A DNA stretch of 64,000 nucleotides from a virus (taxonomy: Duplodnaviria > Caudoviricetes), in the IMG/VR virus record IMGVR_UViG_2784746770_000001, positions 65,293 to 129,292 of that record; one strand, given 5' to 3'. The position numbers and the translations under genes are program-made. The notes beneath the pieces are model-generated. The model did not search any database, had not been told where the DNA came from, and saw nothing but the letters and a program-made list of their open reading frames with translations. Shown in pieces: positions 1-9,322 of the stretch. Positions within the stretch are counted from its first letter, which is position 1. Each line of letters begins with the position of its first letter.

Positions 1-394
1 TCTTCGGGCCGGTGTAGTCCTCCGGCGGCGTCTCGTGGACGAAATAGATCTTCTTGACGCTGCCGTCCGGGCGCCGGTTGAGGCTGCCGTCCGGGCGCCG
101 GTCCTCGTCGATGGTGATGGCCCCGACCTTCGAGAGCTGCCGGAGGTAGGGGTCGACGGACTGCTCGCGGGTCCAGCCGAGCATCATCGAGAGGGCGAGG
201 CGGGTCGGCCACACCTTGCCGTCGCTCCGGCTGACGTTGACGTGGGCCGCGAGCGCGTCGTACAGAGCCTTCGCCTGCGGATCGAGGTCCGGGCAGACGG
301 TGACCCACTCGGGCACCATCGTGAACGGCGCCGCGCGGCGGCCGGCGGCGATCCTCAGCTGCTCGTCGACGTCGGCGAGGTCCTGGTCGCTCAC
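1..394 (-). CDS. Phage-type HTH replication initiator (partial, runs off the left edge)
   Basis: Manual translation from GTG 394, which overlaps the upstream stop: MSDQDLADVDEQLRIAAGRRAAPFTMVPEWVTVCPDLDPQAKALYDALAAHVN...KVWPTRLALSMMLG...LRQLSKVGAI. This is a typical HTH_36-like N-terminus. Confidence 0.7.
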   Translation of the reverse strand, partial: MSDQDLADVDEQLRIAAGRRAAPFTMVPEWVTVCPDLDPQAKALYDALAAHVNVSRSDGKVWPTRLALSMMLGWTREQSVDPYLRQLSKVGAITIDEDRRPDGSLNRRPDGSVKKIYFVHETPPEDYTGPK

Positions 395-699
395 TTCGCG
401 GCCTCCGCGGTCTCGACGGGCGTACGCAGGCGGTAGGTGACGACGCGTCGGTCCGAGCCGTCCACACGGCGCGGCTCGAAGGAGCGGTCCAGCAGCCCCT
501 CAGCGACGAGCGCGGCCAGCGTGGGGCGGGCCTGGTGGTGCTCGATCCTCAGCTGCTGTGCGAGCTGTCCGCACGTGTACCAGGTGTCCACCTCGACGTC
601 GCGCGTCAGTCGGTAGAGGCGCCGGAAGGCGGTGTCGTTGATTTCCGGGGTGTCGGCGAGGTCGAGCAGGGCGAGGCGGGTGTTCCTCGACGGTCTCAC
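391..699 (-). CDS. Small winged-helix DNA-binding protein
   Basis: TCGQLAQQLRIEHHQARPTLAALVAEGLL..TYRL pattern; translationally coupled to the downstream gene. Confidence 0.7.
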   Translation of the reverse strand: MRPSRNTRLALLDLADTPEINDTAFRRLYRLTRDVEVDTWYTCGQLAQQLRIEHHQARPTLAALVAEGLLDRSFEPRRVDGSDRRVVTYRLRTPVETAEAAK

Positions 700-775
700 G
701 GTGGTTCCTTGCGGCAGAGCCCAGCCCCGGCAGGGGCTGGGAAGGGAGCGGATCAGGCTGCGGAGGCGGAGCGGA

Positions 776-1336
776 TCACCGCTCGCGCTCCGGAACCGGG
801 TCGCTCTGCTGCTCGTCGTCGGCCGGGGCGATCATCGGCAGCGCCTTCGTAGTGGGCCCGAAGAGCTGTTCCACCACGGCTCGCACCGCGGCTCGTCCGC
901 CCTCGGTCCAGGAGGGGCTGACGGAGATGGTGTCGCCACCCGGGTCGTAGCCGACGCCCGGGATCGGCTCGCCGGTGCGCTTGTCGAAGGCGGTCTCGGT
1001 CGCGGCGTCCCAGACCGCGTTCCTGAGCGTGGCCTTCTCGAAGGCGGGGTTGACGACGAACCGGGCCTCGCCCTTCTCGTCGGCGAACTCCAGGAAGGCT
1101 TCCGTGTCCTCGACGAAGAAGGACGGCTTCCTGTGGGACTCCGTGAACGTGACGGCGAGCTGTCCGTCCAGGGCCGCGGTCGTGCTGCGCAGGCTCGGCG
1201 TGTTCTTGATGTACTCCTGGTTCGCCATGATGTGGGGGTCGCAAAGGTTGTTGAAGAACTCCTTGACGCCGTAGGCGACCATCGCGCGCTGCGCCAGCTC
1301 CGCCGCCGTGGGGGGCGTGGTCTCGTTGGTGCTCAT
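776..1336 (-). CDS. Hypothetical phage protein
   Basis: GAAAGG RBS before ATG 1336; high-GC3 codon usage. Confidence 0.75.
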   Translation of the reverse strand: MSTNETTPPTAAELAQRAMVAYGVKEFFNNLCDPHIMANQEYIKNTPSLRSTTAALDGQLAVTFTESHRKPSFFVEDTEAFLEFADEKGEARFVVNPAFEKATLRNAVWDAATETAFDKRTGEPIPGVGYDPGGDTISVSPSWTEGGRAAVRAVVEQLFGPTTKALPMIAPADDEQQSDPVPERER

Positions 1337-1358
1337 GGGGTGTTCTGCCTTTCTGGGA

Positions 1359-1380
1359 AGCCGGTTCGCTCTTGCCGGCT
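1359..1380 (-). promoter_or_regulatory. AAGAGCGA-loop leader hairpin, copy 1
   Basis: Minus strand AGCCGG-C-AAGAGCGA-A-CCGGCT, about 23 nt before ATG 1336; TAAGTTGGTGTACA box at 1496-1509. Confidence 0.7.
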
Positions 1381-1542
1381 GGGGGTGCGGATCCTGTGTC
1401 CCGGTCGCCTGCACGCCTATGGACGGAGTGGCACGCGATTCCGTTACACCAGACCCTGCGCACCTGCCCGCTCAGGACAGTTGCACGATCGTAACTGTAC
1501 ACCAACTTACGATGCGTGTGGAGAGTCGACCAGCCGCCCCAA

Positions 1543-1570
1543 GACACAAGCGCCCCTACCCATCTACGTT
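1543..1570 (+). promoter_or_regulatory. Putative class-2 (late) promoter GACACAAG-N14-TACGTT
   Basis: Same motif and near-identical spacing at five other sites; upstream of the ParB-like/terS/endolysin genes. Confidence 0.5.
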
Positions 1571-1799
1571 CCACTGGCCTGCGAGAAGCCCGACCGCGGA
1601 ACGCGCACCCGCGAACGGGCCTCCAGGCCCGCCGCGCTCTGTCCGGACACACCCAGGGGCGCGGCGGCACGGGGCAGGCGGCCCGGCCCGGCCATGACGG
1701 CACGTCCCGGTAGCGAGACGGGACGCCGCGGTTGAAGTCCGCGGGCTCGCTGGCCGGCCGCCGCCCCTCACCCCCGCCGGTGCGCCGAACGGACCCGCG

Positions 1800-2423
1800 A
1801 TGACCCTCACAGCCCCCCGCTACATCACCTACGTCCCGCTCACCGACCTCCCCGTCGACCCGGCCAACCCGAAGAGCCACGAGATCGAGCGCGTCATCGC
1901 CTCCATCACCGACCACGGCTTCGTGGAGACCGTCGTCGCCGACGAGCGCACCAGCATGCTCATCGCCGGCCACGGCCGCCGCGAGGCCCTGATCGAGATG
2001 CAGATACGCGGCCTGCCGCTGCCCGACGGCCTCCTCCTGGACGACGACGGCGGATGGCTCGTCCCCGTCACCCGCGGCTGGGCCTCCAGGAACGACCGCC
2101 AGGCCCGCGCCCTCCTCATTCTCCTCAACCGCCTCCCCGAGGCCGGCGGGTGGCTGCCCGGCCCGCTCGCCACCATCCTCGAAGACCTTGCCACCGCAGA
2201 CCCCGACCTCCTCGACTCGCTGTGCTTCACCGACGACGAGATGGAGAACCTCCTCCGACAGGTCGACCCCGAGACCCTGCCCCAGGGCCCCGACGGCACC
2301 GCATCGCCCGAGCACGACGACCTGTACAGCGGCGGCGACGGCCTCGCCGACAGCGGCGACAACGACCGCGCCACCACCACGTGCTGCCCGGCCTGCGGAC
2401 ACATCTTCTCGCCGGGACGCTAG
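1800..2423 (+). CDS. ParB/Srx N-terminal domain protein
   Basis: VPLTDLPVDPANPKSH..IASITDHGF..LIAGHGRREAL; C-terminal CPACGH knuckle. Confidence 0.8.
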   Translation: MTLTAPRYITYVPLTDLPVDPANPKSHEIERVIASITDHGFVETVVADERTSMLIAGHGRREALIEMQIRGLPLPDGLLLDDDGGWLVPVTRGWASRNDRQARALLILLNRLPEAGGWLPGPLATILEDLATADPDLLDSLCFTDDEMENLLRQVDPETLPQGPDGTASPEHDDLYSGGDGLADSGDNDRATTTCCPACGHIFSPGR

Positions 2424-2450
2424 ACCCTCCGCTGATCTAGGTTCCGGCCC

Positions 2451-3041
2451 ATGCCTCGACGTAAAGACCGGCGCCGTGCCAGACCGCGCGCCCAGCTCCT
2501 CACCACCGAGGTCGAGGCGCGGCTCATCGAGGCCACCCGCATGGGCCTGTCGGTTGACCTGGCCGCGGTCAACGCCGGCATCTCCCGCTCGACCTTCCTG
2601 CGCTGGCGCCGCATCGGCCACCACGAGCTCCAGGACCGCGAGAACGGCGCCGAGCCCAACCCCGAGAACGACCAACTCGTCGACTTCTTCCAGAAGATCG
2701 AGCAGGCCCGCGCCAACGCCGCCTTCCAGGCCGCCCTCGACATCCGCCGCGCGGCCCGAGGCGGCCTCGTCACCACGCACAGGAAGTTCGACCCGCACAC
2801 GGGCAAGGTCATCGAGGAGACCATCACCACGCCCCCCGACTGGAGGGCCGCCGCCTGGTACCTCGAACGCCAGCACCGCAAGCAGTACGGCAAGGAAGAC
2901 CACCTGGAGATCGAGCTCACCGGCGCCGCCGGTGGCCCGGTCACCGTCCACAACCAGGGGGCCGACGACCTCGCCAGCCGCCTGTCCGAGACCCTGTTCG
3001 CCCTCCAGTACCCCGACGCCGAAGACGAGCCGGAGACCTGA
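2451..3041 (+). CDS. Terminase small subunit-like HTH protein
   Basis: AAVNAGISRSTFLRW HTH, DWRAAAWYLERQH..YG and ELTGAAGGPV tail, typical of actinophage TerS-like proteins. Confidence 0.7.
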   Translation: MPRRKDRRRARPRAQLLTTEVEARLIEATRMGLSVDLAAVNAGISRSTFLRWRRIGHHELQDRENGAEPNPENDQLVDFFQKIEQARANAAFQAALDIRRAARGGLVTTHRKFDPHTGKVIEETITTPPDWRAAAWYLERQHRKQYGKEDHLEIELTGAAGGPVTVHNQGADDLASRLSETLFALQYPDAEDEPET

Positions 3042-3047
3042 GCCCGC

Positions 3048-3075
3048 GACACAAGCACCCCAGGCCCCCCATGGT
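3048..3075 (+). promoter_or_regulatory. Putative class-2 promoter GACACAAG-N14-CATGGT
   Basis: Directly upstream of the endolysin RBS (GGAGG). Confidence 0.55.
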
Positions 3076-3115
3076 GCTCCCTCCCAGCTCACCCACGACG
3101 GAGGAAGCCACACCC

Positions 3116-4165
3116 ATGAAGATCATCTCCCGTGACACCTGGGGCGCGAAGCCCTGGGCGGGCACCCCGGACACCGTCTCCCCCGCCCAGCGCACGGAGT
3201 TCTACGTCCACTACGACGGCGGCACCCCGGTCACCCGCACCGGCTACGCCATCATGCGAGCCATCGAGGCCGAACACCTCAGCAACGGCTGGTCGGGCGT
3301 CGGCTACCACTTCGTCGTCGACCAGGCGGGCAACGTCTACGAGGGCCGCGGCTGGGGCCTCCAGGGCGCACACTGCCCCGGCCACAACATCTCCGCCATC
3401 GGCGTGCAGATCGCCATCGGCGGCGACCAGGAGCCCAGCCCGGCCGCGCTCTCCGCCTGCCGCGCCCTGTACGAGGAGGCGAACCGGCGCTTCGGCCGCA
3501 CCCTGGCCAAGCACGGTCACCGCGACGGCTTCGCCACCGACTGCCCCGGCACGAAGCTCTACGCCTGGGTCCAGGCGGGCATGCCCGCCGGCGCCTACAA
3601 GCCCGCCCCGGACCCGGGCGGCGCCCTCCCCGGCGGCACCAGCCCCGACATCGCCCGCTACCAGGTCACGATCAACGGGCTCCGCTACGGCTACGGCGCG
3701 AAGGGGGACCACGTCACTCGCGTCGGCCAGGCCCTCGTCAAGAAGGGCTTCGGCACCCACTACACCAGCGGCCCCGGCCCCGTCTGGACCGATGCCGACA
3801 CGAAGGCGTACTCCGCCTTCCAGCGCTCCCTCGGCCTCAAGGGCCAGGCCGCTGACGGTGTCCCCGGCGAGGACTCCCTCAAGAAGCTCCTCGGCGCTCT
3901 GCCCGGGAAGGTCACCGCCAAGCCGGCCCCGCCGTTCCCCGGCGCCCAGAACTTCGGCCCCGGCTGCACCAACGGCCACATCACCCTGCTCGGTCAGCAG
4001 CTCGTCAAGAAGGGCTTCGGCAAGCACTACACGAGCGGTCCGGGCCCGAAGTGGTCCGACGCTGACCGCGAGAACACCCGCGACTTCCAGCTCTCCCGCC
4101 CCGAGCTGCGCGGCGACGCCGACGGCCTCCCCGGCCCGCAGACGTGGAAGGCGCTTTTCTCCTGA
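3116..4165 (+). CDS. N-acetylmuramoyl-L-alanine amidase (endolysin) with two peptidoglycan-binding repeats
   Basis: IISRDTWGA, VHY, GWSGVGYHFVV, YEGRGW..GAHC, HRD..TDCPG (Amidase_2/PGRP fold); duplicated LVKKGFG.HYTSGPGP.W..ADG.PG domains. Confidence 0.92.
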   Translation: MKIISRDTWGAKPWAGTPDTVSPAQRTEFYVHYDGGTPVTRTGYAIMRAIEAEHLSNGWSGVGYHFVVDQAGNVYEGRGWGLQGAHCPGHNISAIGVQIAIGGDQEPSPAALSACRALYEEANRRFGRTLAKHGHRDGFATDCPGTKLYAWVQAGMPAGAYKPAPDPGGALPGGTSPDIARYQVTINGLRYGYGAKGDHVTRVGQALVKKGFGTHYTSGPGPVWTDADTKAYSAFQRSLGLKGQAADGVPGEDSLKKLLGALPGKVTAKPAPPFPGAQNFGPGCTNGHITLLGQQLVKKGFGKHYTSGPGPKWSDADRENTRDFQLSRPELRGDADGLPGPQTWKALFS

Positions 4166-4261
4166 CCCCTTGGGGCCGTGCCGGTCAGGCACGGCCCTCC
4201 CTCCCCACGGGGCCGGCCCGCGCGAGCAGGCCGGCCCTCATCCACTCCCTGAAAGGCCCTC

Positions 4262-4699
4262 ATGGCAGGCGAGACCGTCATCACCGTCGTCGGAAACCTG
4301 GTCGACGACCCCGAGCTCCGCTTCACCCCGTCCGGCACCGCGGTCGCGAAGTTCCGCGTCGCGTCCACCCCCCGCACCTTCGACCGTCAGACCAACGAGT
4401 GGAAGGATGGCGAAGCGCTGTTCCTCTCCTGCTCCGTCTGGCGCCAGGCCGCGGAGAACGTTGCCGAATCCCTCCAGCGCGGGACGCGCGTGATCGCGCA
4501 GGGTCGACTGAAGCAGCGGTCCTACGAGGACAACCAGGGCGTCAAGCGCACGGTCTACGAGCTGGACGTCGAAGCCGTGGGGCCGGACTTGAACCGCGCT
4601 ACCGCGAAGGTCACGAAGATACCGGGGTCGCGCGCACCCGGGCCGGCGCCTTCCAGCGGCACCGACCCCTGGTCGAGAGACCAGGGGCCGCCCTTCTAG
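4262..4699 (+). CDS. ssb: Single-stranded DNA-binding protein
   Basis: [25 protein letters not shown], the actinobacterial SSB signature; C-terminal PPF. Confidence 0.96.
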   Translation: MAGETVITVVGNLVDDPELRFTPSGTAVAKFRVASTPRTFDRQTNEWKDGEALFLSCSVWRQAAENVAESLQRGTRVIAQGRLKQRSYEDNQGVKRTVYELDVEAVGPDLNRATAKVTKIPGSRAPGPAPSSGTDPWSRDQGPPF

Positions 4700-6300
4700 C
4701 GCTGGCTGACCTGCACGACTCCGACTTCCTCTGGCCGCCCAGCAGCCTCGGGGGGTGGCCCAGCCGGGGTGTTGCCGGAAGGCTCGTCATCAGCAGGAAC
4801 CTCCGGCGCAGGCTCATCGGACGGCTCTCCCGGAGAGGGCGTTGGCTCCGGAACTGGATCGACCGTAGCTATCGGCGTGGGCGTCGGAGTCGGTGTAGGG
4901 ATCGGCTCGGACGTCGGGGTCGGTTCCAGGGACGGCTCCGGATCCGGATCCTGAGTCGGCGTGGGCGTCAAGACCGGGGCCGACGTGGGCGTCGGCGTCG
5001 GCGTGGGCGTCGGAGTCGGCGTGGGCGTCGGAGTCGGCGTCGGCTCGGGCGTCGGCGTGGGCGTCGGCGTGGGCGTCGGAGTCGGAGTCGGCTCGGGCGT
5101 CGGCGTGGGAGTCGGCGTGGGCGTCGGAGTCGGAGTCGGCGTGGGGGGCGGGACCGGTTCAAGAGACGGTGCGACGGTCTCCCGGGTCTCCTCCGGCTCC
5201 TCTGCCTCGCCGGTATGACCATCAGGAGAAGCCTTCGTGTCCTCGCCTGGCTCGTCCGGTGCGTCGACCACGATGGCGACTGCATCGTCCGCGCCAGCCT
5301 TCGCCTTGCCCGTGGTCGGCTCGGCGGTCCCAAGGACCAACTGCACCGCACGCAGAAGCTGCTCACTGGAGCCGCTGTTGTCGCCCAGGCCGTACGCGAA
5401 CGTCCGCTCGGTCACGCCCAGGGTGCCGAACGCCAACGCTGCCAGAGAAGCAGGCAGCGGGGCCCCCAGAGCCTGCGGATTGACCTTGGAACTGTTGTCC
5501 TTCTCCAGCGCAGCACGCCACTGCCTCAGCCGAATCGGGTCGGTTCCCCACAGCACGACTCGGCCATGCCGCCATACGTTTTGATAGACCTCGCGGTTGG
5601 AGTCCTCGGCCACCCATGCCTGTGCCGCATTGTCGTCAGGGAAGACCCTGAACCCGATCTTCTCGTCCCGGTAGGAGAACGTGAAGACGGTGGACGTGCC
5701 GATGGACGCCTCAGAGGTCATGATCTCCCCGTCGGCGTCCACGCACTTCGCCTCGAACTCGCCGATCGGGTCACACACGATCTGGCCGTCCCTGACGATC
5801 TTTTTGAACAGCGGCAGGCCGTAGGTCTGGGCGGCTTCCGCATCCGCGTTGCTCAGGTAGGGGGCGTTCCTGGCGGGGCTATCCCCGGTCACAGGGGAGA
5901 GGAAGTGCGCGGCGGCCGCGCCAAGGAGAACCGCCGGAGCAGCGACCGCGGCGAACCGGGCCCACCGCGAGGCTCGGAAGTGTCGAGGGGGCTCCGGTGC
6001 GAGTGGTTCGGCCGCGGCGCTGTCGGGTGCGGCCTCGAAGCGGGGGATGGAGCTGGTGTCGATGCCCAGTCGCTCGTTCATCTCGCGGATCTCGGGGCAG
6101 TGCGTACGGATCAAGTGCTGTGCACGGTCCAGAGACAGGCCGGGCACGGCTTTCGTCAGCTTGCCGACGGCCGAGCCGAAGGACTGCGCCGGCGAGACGA
6201 AGACGTAGGTCACGCCTTCCTCGTCCTCGTAGGCGATGCAGTCCCTTCCCAGGTTCTTGCAGACGACGTTGAGACGAGACCCGGTGTCGCCAGGTATCAC
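4696..6300 (-). CDS. Membrane-anchored protein with an extracellular domain and Pro/Thr-rich linker
   Basis: TM segment [22 protein letters not shown] and a (PT)n tract; coupled to the upstream genes in the sigma operon. Confidence 0.75.
   Translation of the reverse strand: MIPGDTGSRLNVVCKNLGRDCIAYEDEEGVTYVFVSPAQSFGSAVGKLTKAVPGLSLDRAQHLIRTHCPEIREMNERLGIDTSSIPRFEAAPDSAAAEPLAPEPPRHFRASRWARFAAVAAPAVLLGAAAAHFLSPVTGDSPARNAPYLSNADAEAAQTYGLPLFKKIVRDGQIVCDPIGEFEAKCVDADGEIMTSEASIGTSTVFTFSYRDEKIGFRVFPDDNAAQAWVAEDSNREVYQNVWRHGRVVLWGTDPIRLRQWRAALEKDNSSKVNPQALGAPLPASLAALAFGTLGVTERTFAYGLGDNSGSSEQLLRAVQLVLGTAEPTTGKAKAGADDAVAIVVDAPDEPGEDTKASPDGHTGEAEEPEETRETVAPSLEPVPPPTPTPTPTPTPTPTPTPEPTPTPTPTPTPTPTPEPTPTPTPTPTPTPTPTPTPTSAPVLTPTPTQDPDPEPSLEPTPTSEPIPTPTPTPTPIATVDPVPEPTPSPGEPSDEPAPEVPADDEPSGNTPAGPPPEAAGRPEEVGVVQVSQR
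4873..5150 (-). repeat. Hexanucleotide coding repeat encoding (Pro-Thr)n
   Basis: GGCGTC/GGCGTG/GGAGTC tandem units on the + strand. Confidence 0.9.
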
Positions 6301-6671
6301 GTACGGTCTCGGCTTTCCTGGCGCATTTCTGCCGCGACCCGGGCGGCGATGTCCTCGACGCTCGCGTCGTCGACCGGCTCGATGTCGACGACGCGCAGGC
6401 GGCCGCGTTCGCCGGTCTTGGCGGTGCGTACGTGCACCACGGGGGTGGTGAGGTCTTCCTGGGCGGTGCCGGCGACGGGGTGGGCGCGGCGGTCGGCTCG
6501 GCGCATCATCGCCTCGAAGGCGCGGGCGCGGCCGCTCTCGCTGATGGGACGGCGCGGCACCATGGCGGAGGCGAGTGCGGCCAGCTCTTCCGTCTCGCGA
6601 TCTGCGGCCTTCTCGCCGGACAGGCAGCGGTCCAGCTTCTCCGCTCCGCTATCCCGACGCCCCAGCCACAT
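6297..6671 (-). CDS. Hypothetical protein (possible anti-sigma partner)
   Basis: Overlaps the sigma-factor 3' end and the next start codon. Confidence 0.6.
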   Translation of the reverse strand: MWLGRRDSGAEKLDRCLSGEKAADRETEELAALASAMVPRRPISESGRARAFEAMMRRADRRAHPVAGTAQEDLTTPVVHVRTAKTGERGRLRVVDIEPVDDASVEDIAARVAAEMRQESRDRT

Positions 6672-7359
6672 CGTCTTTCTCCCTCAGCTCCATGTGTGAT
6701 GCGTGCATTACATCGTCTTCCCCGGCATCTGGGGAAGCGGACAGCAAGTACAGCGCCGCTGTGGCGCTGTCCGGCAGCTCCTTGCGGAGTGCCTTGAGCG
6801 CGCGGTACTGCAAGACTCGAATGGTACCTACCTTCCGGCGCATGATCTCCGCCGTCTGGGTTGGGGTGAGACCGACCTTCAAGCGCAGGCGGAGGACCTC
6901 GCGGTAGTCCGGACGGAGCCGGTTGATCCGCTGGTTCAGTGCGCGGCCGAGCTCGCTCCACTCCACCGCTTCCGCGGGGCCGAGGTCGTGGCTGGGCTGG
7001 TCGAAGCGCCAGGTTTCGGAGGGCTGCTCGTACCCGCGGTTGCGCATGGGCCGGTAGTGGTCGGTGCACGCGTTGTCGGCGATGCGGAAGACCCAGGCCC
7101 AGACGCCGGCGCCGGTGTAGGTCTCGATCCGCTCGACCACGCGGGCGAAGGTGTCCTGGGCCAAGTCCTCTGCTGTAGCAGGGTCTTTGACCTTTGTTTC
7201 GAGGTAGCGCACGACGGGTTCGTACATGTGCTGGAAGAGCGTGGCGAGGTTGTCTCGGTCCTCGACGTCCTGCGCGGCGGCCAGGGCGACGGCGTTGAGG
7301 TCCAGCCCAGGGTCGCAGCTGTGCGACTGCGTGCTGCTCGGGCTGGGCGTCTCACGCAT
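6649..7359 (-). CDS. ECF-type RNA polymerase sigma factor
   Basis: Region 2 AEDLAQDTFARV..WVFRIADN..DHYR; region 4 LRPDYREVLRLR..TAEIM..GTIRVLQYRALKALRK. Start chosen by the GGAG RBS. Confidence 0.9.
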   Translation of the reverse strand: MRETPSPSSTQSHSCDPGLDLNAVALAAAQDVEDRDNLATLFQHMYEPVVRYLETKVKDPATAEDLAQDTFARVVERIETYTGAGVWAWVFRIADNACTDHYRPMRNRGYEQPSETWRFDQPSHDLGPAEAVEWSELGRALNQRINRLRPDYREVLRLRLKVGLTPTQTAEIMRRKVGTIRVLQYRALKALRKELPDSATAALYLLSASPDAGEDDVMHASHMELREKDDVAGASG

Positions 7360-7675
7360 CGGCTCCACTCCAGATGTCGGCTCTGTCGGAACGTCATCTT
7401 CCGACAGAGCCAGCGGCATGTGCCAGCGTCGATTAGAACGTAGAACCGAAAACCGCCGCTTCACCCCAAAATGGTCAAAAGGTCATCATGGGTCGTTCGC
7501 CCGTATTTGGGAGATAGTGAATCCCGCATGAACAGGGGCAAACACGACGTGAGCACCGTCGGTTCACAGATGAGCAGTTACGGAACTGTTACCGGGGGAT
7601 TGTCACGTCGGCGCTGCCCGTCTACCCGCGATCCGCGGATTCACTCTGGCGCGCTGGCGCGAATCGGAACCGCGC

Positions 7676-7726
7676 TATCTTGGTGTGCACTATCGTGTGC
7701 GCAACGCGCCGGGAAGAGCGACCCGG
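7676..7726 (+). promoter_or_regulatory. Degenerate box TATCTTGGTGTGCA, -10 TATCGT and AAGAGCGA hairpin copy 2
   Basis: CCGGG-AAGAGCGA-CCCGG at 7709-7726, 20 nt before ATG 7747. Confidence 0.65.
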
Positions 7727-7746
7727 GCACCGGAAAGGAGCGGCGC

Positions 7747-7947
7747 ATGGACAGCGCCTCGTGGAGGAAGGCTCTCGACCGCCTTCCGTTCAAGGAGTGG
7801 CTGCCGGCTGAAGAAGTGCCGGCGCACACCGGGATCAACCCCGACGACGCCCTCACCGTGCTGCGCCGTGCGCGGCGGGCGGGCTCCCTCTGCACGACCG
7901 GCCGCGGCAGTGAGATGCAGGTCATGCGCGTCCGGCGGATCGTGTGA
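7747..7947 (+). CDS. Small hypothetical (possible winged-helix) protein
   Basis: Strong AAAGGAG RBS; 66 aa. Confidence 0.6.
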   Translation: MDSASWRKALDRLPFKEWLPAEEVPAHTGINPDDALTVLRRARRAGSLCTTGRGSEMQVMRVRRIV

Positions 7948-7953
7948 TCCCAC

Positions 7954-8065
7954 TCGATAACCGGCCCCAGGCCCCCCTGCGTAGCTGGCGTCTTTTCACG
8001 CGCCAGGCCCGGGCCGCGCTTCCGCGCGGGCACCAAGGACGAGAGGGCCTGGGGCCGGTTATCGA
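7954..8065. repeat. Perfect 21-bp inverted repeat enclosing a 70-nt structured loop
   Basis: TCGATAACCGGCCCCAGGCCC (7954-7974) / GGGCCTGGGGCCGGTTATCGA (8045-8065). Confidence 0.85.
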
Positions 8066-8154
8066 CTCGACCAGATGAGGGCGTCTGCTGGCACGATGCA
8101 CGCAGCCCCGCCTGCCCCGGACTTTCCCGCCCGCTGACCCACAGGACGCCTGCC

Positions 8155-8712
8155 GTGTCGAACTCCTTCACCGACTGGAGCCGCAGCACCCTCCGCCGCC
8201 TCTCCCTCGCGCGCGCCACCGGCGACCGCGCCGAGGCTGAGACGATCGTCGCCGAGCTGAGCGCGGCCTACCTGCGGCTCGGGGCCCGAGAGGTGGGCAC
8301 CGAGGAGGAGCAGAACACCTACCTCCTCGCTCGCTACACCCACACCCCCGTAGCGGAGCTCAGCGCGGTAGGAATCGATTCCAACTCCTGGCCCCTGTCC
8401 GAACGTCGGAAAGCTGCTGACGTCCCGCTGGTCTCCGAGACCGAGGCGTCCCCCGAGACCTCCCGGCGCATCAGCGACCTGTTCGCCGCAGCCGGCCCGC
8501 TGCGCGCCCCCTCCACCGCCAAGACGACGGCCGCGTACATCGTCAAGCACCGGCCCGAAGACCACCAGGTCCACCAGGGCACCCCGCTGCCCTGGGCAAT
8601 CGTCGCCACGGCCCTGGACATCGCCGTGGCGTACCACGCCGACAAGGACCTGGCCGAGTACCAGGCCGAGAGGGCGAACGCGGCGTACGAGGCGAAGCGC
8701 GGCCAGAAGTGA
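8155..8712 (+). CDS. Hypothetical protein
   Basis: AGGA RBS, GTG start, high-GC3 codons. Confidence 0.65.
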   Translation: MSNSFTDWSRSTLRRLSLARATGDRAEAETIVAELSAAYLRLGAREVGTEEEQNTYLLARYTHTPVAELSAVGIDSNSWPLSERRKAADVPLVSETEASPETSRRISDLFAAAGPLRAPSTAKTTAAYIVKHRPEDHQVHQGTPLPWAIVATALDIAVAYHADKDLAEYQAERANAAYEAKRGQK

Positions 8713-8842
8713 CGGCCCGCCACCGACTCGGGGGACGCGCGGTGACGGATGCGCCCGTCAGCGTGAGCCGACGGTCTAGGCTGACCCCCGGGACCCCTGC
8801 GTCCGCCTCCCACCGGCTGGCGGACGACCGTCCCGACAAGAC

Positions 8843-9110
8843 CACACCGAGAGACCAGAAAAGCCCCGCCGGGCTCAGCTGCGAGGAAAAAGGCGGCGAA
8901 ACCTTTGGCAGCGAGCCCATTCGGCGGGGCATCTGGGAGACCAAGCAGGAGTACCAGGTCTCGATGAGCACCAATGTACCCGTCAGACGGCGGGGACACG
9001 CAACGGAAAGGCCCACCGGGTGGCGCGTCGTGCGCCGGCGTCCGGTGGGCCGTTGTGCGTTCGTGCTCTCGGTGTTCCCCGCTGCCTGTTCGTCGCTCCC
9101 CCTTGGGGTG
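8843..9110 (+). ncRNA. Structured leader / candidate copy-control RNA upstream of rep
   Basis: Long irregular hairpin 8854-8936, hairpin 8937-8962, nested stems 8966-9068, and alternative pairings 8843-8852/9066-9075 and 8983-8999/9072-9088. Confidence 0.5.
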
Positions 9111-9322
9111 GTCATGACCTAGCTTCCCCGGCGGCCGCCGGGCACCGGACCTTCCTACGGGTCCACCGCCCTCGTACCGCCTAGACCGCGGTCGTCACGA
9201 TCGGGCTCCTACCCCCGAGCGCTGCCACGGCCCATTGCGCCGGACTCACCCGTCCGACGCGGAGATCCGGTCCGAGAACCGAATCTCCGAATTTCACACC
9301 AGCCCCGCCGAGGCGGGCTCTG

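Noticed and set aside
61-102. 18-bp direct repeat TGCCGTCCGGGCGCCGGT
   Set aside because: In-frame duplication encoding RRPDGS twice; too few copies for iterons.
4144-6699. Long Arg/Gly-rich ORFs such as 4144-6699, 23010-25682, 29712-32393 and 33275-35986
   Set aside because: Shadow frames of real genes in high-GC DNA; no RBS or motifs and biased composition.
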